A stretch of 64,000 nt of DNA from Octopus bimaculoides. Taxonomy: Eukaryota. The stretch is taken from contig NC_068989.1 in the NCBI RefSeq assembly GCF_001194135.2, positions 34,177,837 through 34,241,836 of the forward strand, written 5' to 3'. A model generated the notes under the pieces. It saw only the letters and a list, made by a program, of their open reading frames with translations. It did not search any database and was not told the origin of the DNA. A program made the translations under genes and the position numbers. Numbering within the stretch: the first letter of the stretch is position 1; the number at the start of each line of letters is the position of its first letter. Below, one piece after another: positions 51,731 to 62,549 of the stretch.

Positions 51731-52312
51731 TTATACTACATAAATTCGAAAATGTACGACTGATTCACATTAAGGCGAAAGCAAAGAATACGCATACCCG
51801 GTGTTTATGGTTAAGATTAGGGTTAGGTGCTGTTGGGTCTGTTCCTGCTTCTGCTGCTGCTATTATTGGTACTGACATCCTGCTTCTGTGTTAGCCTTTA
51901 GGGGAGCTGCTGCTATTAGGGTCGGCCAGTACCTCAATCCCTAAATATTTTTGAGATTGCCCTAAGCGGTAATTACATAGAATTGAGACATATAACACCG
52001 AAAAAAAAAAAGATATTTCCTCCTTGGATACAGTAATTATATGATACTGAACATGCACAACATTACAGCTTGTAAGATACAAGCACAAGCAATTTCAGTT
52101 GCATGTTGAATAGTACAGCAGCTAATGGATCTTAGAAAAAATTGTTTATATTGTTTCTAATGCGTTATATAAATCCTACCTTTTCAAAAACTTCAGTCTC
52201 TTATCAGGCAAATTAACAAAATTCTTTAATATAATAAAACAGTATTATGAATATATCTAAATTTATTCACCAAAATGATCGATTTTTAAAACTTAGTTCT
52301 TACTATAAAAAG

Positions 52313-52316
<4 letters not shown>

Positions 52317-52343
<27 letters not shown>
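52317..52343. repeat. (CT)n microsatellite
   Basis: direct reading. Confidence 0.95.
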
Positions 52344-52346
<3 letters not shown>

Positions 52347-53080
52347 AGTTCTGATAAGTGGAAGGCAGTCCATGAGGCAAAGGAACAGCTGAAACATAAA
52401 TCTCTTTTTGGGAATGTAGTATAGGGTAGGGCTGAACTCAAGTACAACAACCTGATTTGACATGACCAATAAAAAGTAAAATTCAGGGAAGTAGAGTGGC
52501 GGCAGTACAGAAACAGGTTGCCTGGATGAAGTGGAAGCAGAGGATCAGTTCATCCAACAAATGTACATGGAGCATAGTGAAAACATCTGTATGCCCTCTG
52601 TTTTCTAAGACATGGGCCTTCAAATGCATCCTAAGCAGCTGCTCCAAGGCACTGGGTGAAGGACACTCACTAGAGACATTGCTATGTCCTCAAGATTATT
52701 ATTGAGGCATTCACAAGGGAATCTGTAATAGTAGAAATATTCATACTGCAGCTGTGAAGATTGACTTTGTTAATGAAAGAGGGCAGCTGAAGGAAAGACA
52801 CAAGAATAGCTCTGATAGTTTGCTTTCCACAGCATGTGACTGGGTGATGGAAGTTGACCTTGAGAAGTAGTTAAAATTTTCATCACCTATCAATCAATCC
52901 TCATAAAAATCATCTTGATTTCTGTGAGGACTGATCTTAATTTCTGAGGATGTCTCAAAAGTGGCAACCAAAAATTTCTGAAATAGCATCCTGTTGTAGA
53001 ATGACTGAACACATCAACTAATATAATTCTCAGTAGACAATATCTAAAAGAAGAGAATGGAAATTTTTTTGATAATAGGT

Positions 53081-53773
53081 ATATATGGTAGAAATATTGT
53101 GAAATATTTTTTATGAGTAACATTATGAACATAATTTTTCTGCTTCTCTGTCTGGAATGTGTACAACATGATTCTAGGTTCTTAATTAAACTTGGGCAAA
53201 TTCAAAATGAAGTTTCCATCAGCCATGTAATGAATAGCTACATTTTTGGAGAGAGAATGCTATCATCCATTATTCTGTAGTATATAATTGTAAACACTCT
53301 GAAAGTATGTGTAGTTTGTAAATATACGGTGGTGCTCCAGCATGACTGCTGCTGCATGGCTGATATGAATAAAAAAATATAGCTTGTATGATGTAAAGTT
53401 CAGTCATTTGGTAAAGATTTGTTTCTAAAGGTTATCAATATAGAAATGTATTCAAATTTCCACTATTGAATCTCTACTTTTTAAGTATCTTCCATATCTT
53501 ACACTGTTTCTTTATTATTTCAGAATGCCAGATGAAGTTGACATAAAATAACATTTTACTGCGAGTACATAATATCTATTATCTTTTAATGACTAAAGGA
53601 AGGCTTTATACAACAGACTTAACCCTGATTATATGAATATATGGTAGAAATATTGTGAAATATTTTTTATGAGTAACATTATGAACATAATTTTTCTGCT
53701 TCTCTGTCTGGAATGTGTACAACATGATTCTAGGTTCTTAATTAAACTTGGGCAAATTCAAAATGAAGTTTCC
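53081..53773 (+). repeat. perfect 137-bp direct repeat (53081-53217 and 53637-53773)
   Basis: identical ATATATGGTAGAAATATTGTG...CAAAATGAAGTTTCC in both copies. Confidence 0.95.
53512..53523 (+). promoter_or_regulatory. putative splice acceptor of the third ZNF coding exon
   Basis: TTATTATTTCAG|AATGCCAGATGA, homologous to 3641-3662. Confidence 0.6.
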
Positions 53774-53972
53774 TGCATATTCAAATCTCAGCAAACATAA
53801 CTGTTGATGAAAATATAACAGTAAAAATACTTGTTAAGAATAAAATATTAAAACAGAAAGTAGAAATACCTCTACATATTGTGGTGAGAGAAGAAAAATT
53901 ATGGAAAATGAATTATTTAAGAATCCGATTAAATAGAAAACATAGTCTAAAAAGATTGGTTTATCAAATGAA

Positions 53973-55340
53973 ATGTTGAAAGAAATAGGAAAGTATTCAC
54001 ATAGCAGTGAAATCTGTAAAATGTCATTCTCTAGAAAAAATAATTTAACTACTCACCAGCATACTCATAGAAGAAAAAGACTTTATCAATGTGATATCTG
54101 TGGTAAATCATTTTCTGTGAATAGTAACTTCACTAATCACAAATGCATTCATACAGGTGAGAAACCACACAGCTGTGATATCTGTGGTAAATCCTTATCC
54201 CGGAATCACAGCTTAACTATACATAAACGCATTCATACAGGAGAGAAACCATATCACTGCAATATCTGTGGTAAATCATTCTCTGAAGGAAGTGCCTTAA
54301 CTACACACAAACGCATTCATACTGGAGAAAAACCATATCCCTGTCATATCTGTGGTAAATCATTCTCACAGATATCTACCTTAACTAAGCACAAACGATT
54401 TCATACAGGAGAACAACCATACCACTGTGATATCTGTGGTAAATCATTCTCGGCAAGAAGTAACTTAACAACCCACAAACGTATTCATACAGGAGAGCAA
54501 CCATATCACTGTGATATCTGCGGTAAATCATTCTCTGTAAAAAGTCACTTAACTGCTCACAAATACATTCATACAGAAGAGAAACCATATCACTGTGATA
54601 TCTGTGGTAAATCATTTTCCCAAAGTGGTAACTTAACTACTCACAGACGTATACATACAGGAGAGCAACCATATCATTGTGATATCTGTGGCAAATCATT
54701 CTCAGCAAGAAGTAATTTAACTACTCACAAACGCTTTCACACAGGAGAGAAGCCATATCATTGTGATATCTGTGGTAAATCATTTTCTGAAAATGGTGTC
54801 TTAAGTAAACACAAACGCATTCATACAGGAGAAAAGTCATATCATTGTGATATCTGTGGTAAATCATTTTCACAAAAATCTAACTTAACTAAACACAACC
54901 GCTTACATACAGGAGAGAAACCATATCACTGTGATATCTGTGGTAAATCATTTTCTGGAAGTGGTGATTTAACTACACACAAACACATTCATACAGGAGA
55001 GAAGCCATATCACTGTGATATCTGTGGTAACTCATTCTCTCAAAAAAGTCACTTAACAATTCACAGACACATTCATACAGGGGAGAAGCCATATAACTGT
55101 GATGTTTGTGGTAAATCATTCTCTTTAAGAAGTCACTTAACCACTCATGAACGCATTCATACAGGAGAGAAGCCATATAATTGTGATGTCTGTGGAAAAT
55201 CCTTCTATGCAAGTAGTAGCTTAACTAAACATAAACGCATTCATACAGGGGAGAAACCATATAACTGTGATATCTGTGGTAAATCATTTTCTCAGAGAGG
55301 TAACTTAACTACTCACAAACATATTCATACAGGTAAATAG
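53973..55340 (+). CDS. tandem C2H2 zinc-finger protein, 455 aa, 15 fingers plus one degenerate N-terminal finger
   Basis: 15 C2H2 units at 28-aa period; first unit SEIC lacks the first Cys. Confidence 0.93.
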   Translation: MLKEIGKYSHSSEICKMSFSRKNNLTTHQHTHRRKRLYQCDICGKSFSVNSNFTNHKCIHTGEKPHSCDICGKSLSRNHSLTIHKRIHTGEKPYHCNICGKSFSEGSALTTHKRIHTGEKPYPCHICGKSFSQISTLTKHKRFHTGEQPYHCDICGKSFSARSNLTTHKRIHTGEQPYHCDICGKSFSVKSHLTAHKYIHTEEKPYHCDICGKSFSQSGNLTTHRRIHTGEQPYHCDICGKSFSARSNLTTHKRFHTGEKPYHCDICGKSFSENGVLSKHKRIHTGEKSYHCDICGKSFSQKSNLTKHNRLHTGEKPYHCDICGKSFSGSGDLTTHKHIHTGEKPYHCDICGNSFSQKSHLTIHRHIHTGEKPYNCDVCGKSFSLRSHLTTHERIHTGEKPYNCDVCGKSFYASSSLTKHKRIHTGEKPYNCDICGKSFSQRGNLTTHKHIHTGK

Positions 55341-55659
55341 TTTAACTAGACACATGTATATCAGAAGAAAAACCATACAACTGATACCTATATTAAATCC
55401 TTCTCTCAAAAAGTCACTTTACTAAACATGCATGTATTTATACTGGACATTAACTATATCAAATATCAATGTAAAAAAAAAACATAACAATAATGTATTT
55501 GCACAGAAAATAAAATAAAAGTGTGATAACAATCTTCCAACATCATATTTTATATTACCAGATATATTTATATTGGTGATATAACAATCTTTCAATATAC
55601 TTGTGTGTGTGTGTATGAGGTTCTTGAGAAGTCCTGCTCACGTCAGCAAAACTGAGTTC

Positions 55660-56132
55660 TAGAAGTGCTGTGTTCCACCCACACATAAGAAAACTTTTCA
55701 CACATCCTACTCCAACAAACCAAACTACATCTCTTCTCTTCCTTACATCTCTTTCATGCACTATGCTTATCTGTCACTCCTTAAACCTGTCCTCACGGCC
55801 CTGTTCACTGTATCATTGCTATCCAGTAGCTCCTCCACTCCATCTGTATACACCCAGGTTCTCACCACTCACTGCATTCCCCTGCCCCACTTTCTACTCA
55901 CACTCTTTGGCAATGTTCTGCCACTTGTATTATGACCCCTGTACTTGAAGGGTATGCCCTGGCACTTCTCACCATCTATCTTTCTTTTCCTGTACTTGAC
56001 CATCCCATTTATATTCTGATTCCTCATCCCTTGTGAGTATGCCCAGCATTTTGCCACCATCTCTCTCCTTCTGCTCTCCCCTCAGGCTGGGTAACCATGT
56101 ATCTCCTTGACAACAGCATACCTGTTTCTATC

Positions 56133-56168
<36 letters not shown>

Positions 56169-56608
56169 CCAGGTAACCATGTACCTCCTCTACAGCAAGA
56201 CACCTGTTTCTGTCTCTGTCTCACCTTTCATCATCTGACACAAGATCACCTCCTCCAATGCCCCCTCCCCTCTCAAAGGATCTTTGTCTTGTGAGTTACT
56301 TGATGACCTTGCCAGTGCTGGTGCCACTTAAAAAGCATCCAGTCCACAGTGTAAAGTGGTTGATATTTGGAAGGGCATCCAGCTGTAAAAACCTTGCCAA
56401 AACTGACTTTACCTTTGCTCGTGCCATGTAAGAAGCTCTCAGTCCACTATGCTGGGTGATTGGTGTTAGGAAGGGCATCCAACTATAAAAACCCTGCCAA
56501 AACAAACACAGAAATCTGGTGCTGGCTTCTACCTGACCAACTCCTGTCAAATTGTCCAACCCATGCTAGCATGGAAAGCAGATTTTAAACAATGATGATG
56601 ATGATGAT
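55660..56608 (+). mobile_element. RTE long pyrimidine-rich 3' UTR and tail
   Basis: tail with an internal duplication, ending TTAAACAATGATGATGATGATGAT. Confidence 0.75.
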
Positions 56609-56726
56609 ATATATGTAAGTATTAAAATAAACATTAACATTGGAAGCAATATTAAAACTGAATGACAATCTTTATATCCTACTTAAAATGGATGTATTAT
56701 TAGAATACCAAATACTGTGGTATTTG

Positions 56727-56951
56727 CCTTGAGAGATCCTCTCATATAGATATATGGTGCTAAGAGCACAGATATCACTAGCAGACAAGAACTGTCTGGC
56801 ATGGTCACTAGAACTGCCAGATCGTGTGATTTTGGTGTACTGCACTTCCTCAGTGGCAGCCTACCAACCAAATCTATGAGAAACAGTTCTCATCTACTAG
56901 TGACATGTCTGTGCTCTTAGCACCATATGTCTATTAGAGGATCTCTCAAGG
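56727..56951. mobile_element. 225-bp fold-back (MITE-like) element
   Basis: arms of about 71 nt, 56727-56797 and 56881-56951, are near reverse complements. Confidence 0.8.
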
Positions 56952-56959
56952 TGAAAACA

Positions 56960-58500
56960 TCCATATCTGTTTTCCATGCTGACATGGGTTGGATAGTTTG
57001 ACCGGAGCTGTACCAGGCTCCATTGTCCATTTTAATATGGTTTCTACAGCTGGTTGCCCTTTCTAATGCCAACTACTTTACAGAGTGTACTGGTACTTTT
57101 TACAGACACCAACACCAGTGCTTCTTACATGGCACCATCACCATCAGGGTCACCAAGTACCTTGCAAGACAAAAAAAGAGATAGATAAAAGCAAAACCCC
57201 CTTAACTTGGAGTGAGGAGCAGTATTGAGATGAGGGTAGTTTTGTGCCAGTTGAGAGATTAAAGGTCTAGAAAAACAGATAGGTGTCTTGCTGTAGATAC
57301 ATGGGTACCCTGGTTGGAAAGGGAAGGAGGGTGAGTAAGTAAAGAAGAACAACAGAGAGATGAAGATAAGTCAAGACATGTTCTTTAGGGGCTTTGAGGG
57401 TGGTGAGAATAGGTGAAGTTATACAGAGATGTGAACAGTATAGAGGTGACTAGCAAATTATGAAGAGAAATATAGGAGAGGCTCTGGGATGGGGATTACA
57501 GTAGATATGTGAGGGCATTGAGGATGATAGCAGATAAGCGAGGTGTTTATGATGGCGAACAGCCCAGGAGCGAGAAAAGATGTGATTGGTGGAGACAGTA
57601 GGCAGAGGAAAATAATGGGAAATGGAAGTGATTTGGGGTGGGGAAGAGAGATAACTGAGAAAGCTGGGAGATGTATGTGCTTATTTTATTCTCAAGTGAT
57701 AGAGAAGTGTTAGGCATAAGGGGATGAAATGTGTAGGGGAAATGGTGGTTGGGCAGAACCCCTCATGGTCAAGCATTACCAAGGTGATTTTAGGATATTA
57801 ATTTTGCACTGGTGGGCAGGTCTTCTTGAGTACAACACGGCGTCATATCTTGGTCCTTTGTCATCTCCTTCGTAAAGCTCAGCCTTCAGTACTTCATCTT
57901 ATGTCTTCCTGGGTCTTCCTCTCTCACAAGTGCCATCCACTAAGTGATCGGCATTTCTTTATGCAATTGTCCTCATCCATATACATCACATGACCAAACT
58001 AACACAATCTTCTCTCTTGTACACTGCATCTCTTGCACTGGATACACTATGGAATTCCTGCCTACATCTTACCTACATGTAGAACAGGGCCATTTACCCT
58101 AAGTGGGTAGGGTCCTGTCTGTTTTCTTGCTTATAAGGACTTTGGTTTTTATTAACTTAAAAGCTCTGTGATTCCAGGTTTTGCTTCCACACCTGGAATT
58201 TCTCTTCTAGTTCTGTTACAGATTCTGCTATGAGAGCAAGATCATCAGCATATAATAGTTCCCATGGGCAGCTGATGTTAAATTCATTTGTTATGGTCTG
58301 GAGGATGATAATGAATAGGTGGGAACTGAGGGCTGAGCTTTGGTGAACACCTACCTTTACACTAAATTCATCACTGTACTCCTGACTAACCCTTACCTTT
58401 CTAACAACACCCCTGTACATGACCTGTACTGCTTTCACAAACCATTCATCTATCCCTAGCTTCTGCAGAGACCACCTTATTACAGAGTGATGTTCTCTGT
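56960..58500 (-). mobile_element. decayed RTE LINE 3' part
   Basis: tail, long UTR, ORF end, then GVHQSSALSSHLF and WELLYADDL. Confidence 0.85.
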
Positions 58501-58540
58501 CGAAGTCTTTCTTCACATATGTTTATATATCTTTTGTCAT

Positions 58541-58905
58541 TTTTACTTGTTTCTATCATTTGACTGCAACCATGCTGGGGCAAAAATTTTAGTCAAACAA
58601 ATCAACCCCAGTACTTTTTCTTTTTTTTTTTAAATCCTGGTACTTACTCCATCAGTCTCTTTTGCTGAACTGCTAATTTATAGCTGCATAAATGCACCAA
58701 CACAAGTTGTCAAGCAGTGGTGGTGGACAAACACAGACACTGACACACATGCACATACATATACAGTAGGTTTCTTTCAGTTTCCATCAACCAATCCAGT
58801 CACAAGGCTTTGGTCAGGCCAAAGTTTAGTAGAAGGCACTTGTGCAAAGTGCTATATAGTGGGATTGAACCTGGAACCATGTGAATGGGAAGCAAACTTC
58901 TCAGC

Positions 58906-58910
<5 letters not shown>
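58541..58910 (-). mobile_element. tRNA-derived SINE
   Basis: minus strand head GGCTGAGAAGTTTGCTTCCC...GGTTCCAGGTTCAATCCC; end GAAACAAGTAAAA. Confidence 0.85.
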
Positions 58911-58937
<27 letters not shown>

Positions 58938-59150
58938 TATTATATATTATTATATGCATTTATTTTCTCTTAGTTAATAATTAACTCCGACAAAATAAAT
59001 TGGTTAATAGATACCAGGGTAGCAAAGATCACAAAATGACTGTGGTGTAACTCCTGTTTATGAGGTAGAAACTCCCTGTTATTTTGGCTATTTGAGTAAA
59101 TATACAAATTTAATAAATGGAGTAATACGCATATGTTAAATGAATTCTTT

Positions 59151-59242
59151 TATTTCCAACATATGTTTCGAAGATTACAAATGGTTCCTTCCAAAGGAAT
59201 AGGTGATGTTGATAAAGATGTAATCTTCTCTTCAGGGAAATA
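59151..59242 (-). ncRNA. minimal type I hammerhead ribozyme motif
   Basis: UAUUUCC CUGAAGA GAAGAUUACA (39 nt) UGUAAUCUUC GAAAC AUAU GUU GGAAAUA; perfect 7-bp stem I and 10-bp stem II. Confidence 0.85.
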
Positions 59243-59287
59243 CATAGGAACCAGCTTAACCGTAAGACATTTTAACCGAATGTGATA

Positions 59288-59463
59288 ACTGCTTGACAAC
59301 TTGTGTTGGTGCATTTATGCAGCTATAAATTAGTAGTTCAACAAAAGAGACTGATGGAGTAAGTACCAGGATTTAAAAAAAAAAAAAAAGTACTGGGGTT
59401 GATTTGTTTGACTAAAATTTTTGCCCCAGCATGGTTGCAGTCAAATGATAGAAACAAGTAAAA
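59288..59463 (+). repeat. inverted near-identical duplicate of 58541-58718 (SINE 3' half)
   Basis: two substitutions plus a difference in the poly-T run over about 176 bp. Confidence 0.92.
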
Positions 59464-59859
59464 GATTGCTAGGTAACTTATTTGAAAAAACCGTTGGAGG
59501 TTGCAACGCTACGAGACAGTACGTTAGACAAGGAGGGAAGAAAAGAAGGAAAAAAGGAGTTTAGAATTGGGAGTTAATAAGATGATTTAAACCCGATAAA
59601 AATGGGAGAAGAATGTTTTATTGTATAATGGGNNNNNNNNNNCTCATATTTTGAAACGTGTAGGAATTAAAGGAACTTTTATTTATATGCGTTTTGCTCC
59701 ATTTATTATTATTCATATATATATACATATATATGTGTACATATACATACACAAACATGCACACATAGATACACACACATACACATACATATACATAGAC
59801 ACATACATTTGTACTTATATACATACAGTAGTCGTGTGGTGATGAATATTAAAGCAGTG

Positions 59860-60720
59860 CTATATGTATAGGAAAATGATGCTTATATTAACTAGTAAGA
59901 TGTTAAATGATTGACAATTTATAAAGGTGATGGGTGGTCTATTAATCTACAGAGATAGATTGTGTTGTTAAGTTAGATGGAAATGAGAGGGGGCTAAAAA
60001 AAGGGGGTTAAAGGAGTAAAAATTACTTGTATAAACTAAGTTAATATTATTACCATAGTTTACTTCGATAATCACGTTCTGTATTTGTTGGTGCAAGGGT
60101 TTTCCAATAGATAAAATAAAATTTTATGTGGTGCAGTATTTTATACGTCATAAAGCAGAGAGAAGAAAATATTTATATGTTTTGAATTCATTTTACGATG
60201 AACGTAAACAAATGAACTAGGATTGCTTTCAGAATCTTAGATATGTCTAAGAAAGTTAAAGAAGAGAAATGAAATTCTTAGACGCAGAATCATGCCAATA
60301 ATATAACCTAAAATAGGATAAATAACTCCTATCTTTGCTGAATAAAGTGAAAGCAGTAAATGAATGATATGGATGTACGAAAGAGCCATGAAATCAAATG
60401 AATAAGTTTATTGGAGCACAACATATTGAACATTGTTGGAAGTAATGTTTATGTTAAGTTGAACTGAAAGTAATGTTTGAGTACATGTTTATAGATGTTC
60501 TGGGTGTCCTAATTTGGGTTAAAAAAATGGAGAGTGTTTAGATAATATATATCAAGCGAGACAAGTCTACCATACCTTTATACATATAAAGGTATAATTA
60601 ACTTGTATCGCTTGAATTATATAAGAAACTAATAGGTGAATAGGTGAGCTGTCTACGTTATATAAATTAGTATTGTTTATCTGTAAGAAGAAAATACGTG
60701 GGGCTGCCAATGCTTACATC
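59860..60720 (-). mobile_element. possible Penelope-like RT relic
   Basis: YSFDFMALF-TSI and FLRHI*..SNPSSF resemble PLE RT motifs; lies upstream of the minus-strand hammerhead. Confidence 0.45.
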
Positions 60721-60854
60721 TGTATGCATTTTCGATGAACGTGTTCACCAGTTTATTCTTCGAGAATAAAATGAAGAACAGTTCCATATTGCATAGTGGG
60801 CAAAATTTCCTACCCTTATCGTATGGTATAAATGTGGAGAGAATTAGCCAGTCT

Positions 60855-61770
60855 AAGATACTACAGAAATGTTGGCGATGAAGGCATTATAATGAAACCA
60901 ACAAGAATGCCATACAGCCAACATGGCTAAGAGAATAAGATACTCTAAAAACTGCTGGTAATAAGGACATTATAAGTTAAACCAATGAGATTGCCATACA
61001 GACAAAATGGCTCAGCAGATAAGATACCACAGAAACTGGTGGTGACGAGAATGGTATACAAATAACGTGGCTCAGAGGATAAGGTACCACAGAAACTGTT
61101 GATGATGAGGGCGCTTTATAGTGAAACAAACAAGAATGTCATACAGAGAAGATGAGGATAAGATACTGCAGAAACTTATGGTGGTCAGGGAATTCTAGTG
61201 AAACCAACGAGAATGTCATACAAATAACATGGCCACGAGGCTAAGATACTGCAGAAACTGTTGGCAATGAGGGCATTATAGTAATGGATAAGGTACTACA
61301 GAAACTATTAGTGATGAGGGCATTATAGTGATGGATAAAGTACTACAGAAACTATGGGAGGTGAGGGCATTATAGTGAAACCAATGTGGACGCCATACAC
61401 ACAGCATGGCTAAGGGGATAAGATACTACGGAAACCATTGCTGGTGAGGGTATTATAGTGAAACTAACAAGAAATCCATACAAACAACATGGCTAAGAGG
61501 ATAAGATACTACAGAAAGTGTTGGTGGTGACGGCATTATAGTGAAACAAATGAGAATGCCATACAGACAACATGGCTAAGATGATAAGATACTACAGAAA
61601 CTGTTGGTGATGAGTACATTATAGTGATGGATAATGTACTACAGAAACTATTGGTGGTGAACGCATTATAGTGCAACCAACAAAAACGCAATACAGACAA
61701 CATGTCTAAGAAGAGAAGGTGCTACAGAAACTTGGTGATGTGGGCATTATGGTGAAACCAACAAGAATAA
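60855..61770 (+). repeat. modular tandem array, 13 units mostly of about 82 or 47 bp
   Basis: 13 heads like GATAAGATACTACAGAAACT, with an optional GAAACCAACAAGAATGCCATACAGACAACATGGCTAAGA module. Confidence 0.92.
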
Positions 61771-62549
61771 TATTTATTTTGGCATGAAAATAACAAAGCA
61801 AAAAGTGTTTTTGTGTGTTCAAACTGCACTTATCTCCATTGTTCTATAGTGATGCCTACATACTATAACTCTTAGTAATTTAAAATGATGTTTCTTCATA
61901 ACATGTAAATTCTCATATTCCCAGTAGGTGCAACTGTGGCAGTTGAGTCATTTAATGTAAATGTAGCCTCATCAGCCCAAACAAGCTTTCCAAGTACTGT
62001 TTGCGAAATTCTACACTTTGGTCAGGATCATCTTCATTATGAACATGGACTATTCTTGGAATGTAACTTTTTCAGTGACAGCATTTCAAAATGCAATGGA
62101 CACTTGATTTTGAAATTCCTATCTCAAGACTCACTTGCAGCACAGATTTTCTCAAACTCTAACAATACATTTCCAGTACTTTTTCTTACTTAGTGGCTCT
62201 CCACATGTTAGAACAGCAAAAGGGAATAAGCAACATTCTCAATACAACAATTTTATGCTGAGTTTGGGCTCTAGAAGACTTATTAACCTCAATTTAGTGC
62301 ATTTTTTGTAGAAATATGTTTATTTAGTAATTAGGTCATCAGTGTCTGCAGTCTTCCAGAACATTTCTTGTAGGTATTCCAAAAAGTTCCATCTGCTTCA
62401 AACTTAACTCTAATTCATGTGTTGGAATGTTACATAGGTGGATCTGTTTGAAAGTCTCTCCTAAAATTAGCTTGTAAGGCAAGAGAAGAAATGAAGAGGA
62501 AGACGCAAAAGGGGAGAAAGAAAAAGGAAAAGGCCTCCTCAGCTAAATG

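Noticed and set aside
4011-55340. Assigning vertebrate ZNF gene symbols or a KRAB domain
   Set aside because: Lineage-specific arrays; no KRAB, SCAN or BTB sequence visible and orthology cannot be read from finger similarity
60855-61770. Array as a CRISPR locus or hammerhead satellite
   Set aside because: Eukaryotic context, no unique spacers or cas genes; TGATGA lacks C3, stem II does not pair and no NUH follows GAAAC
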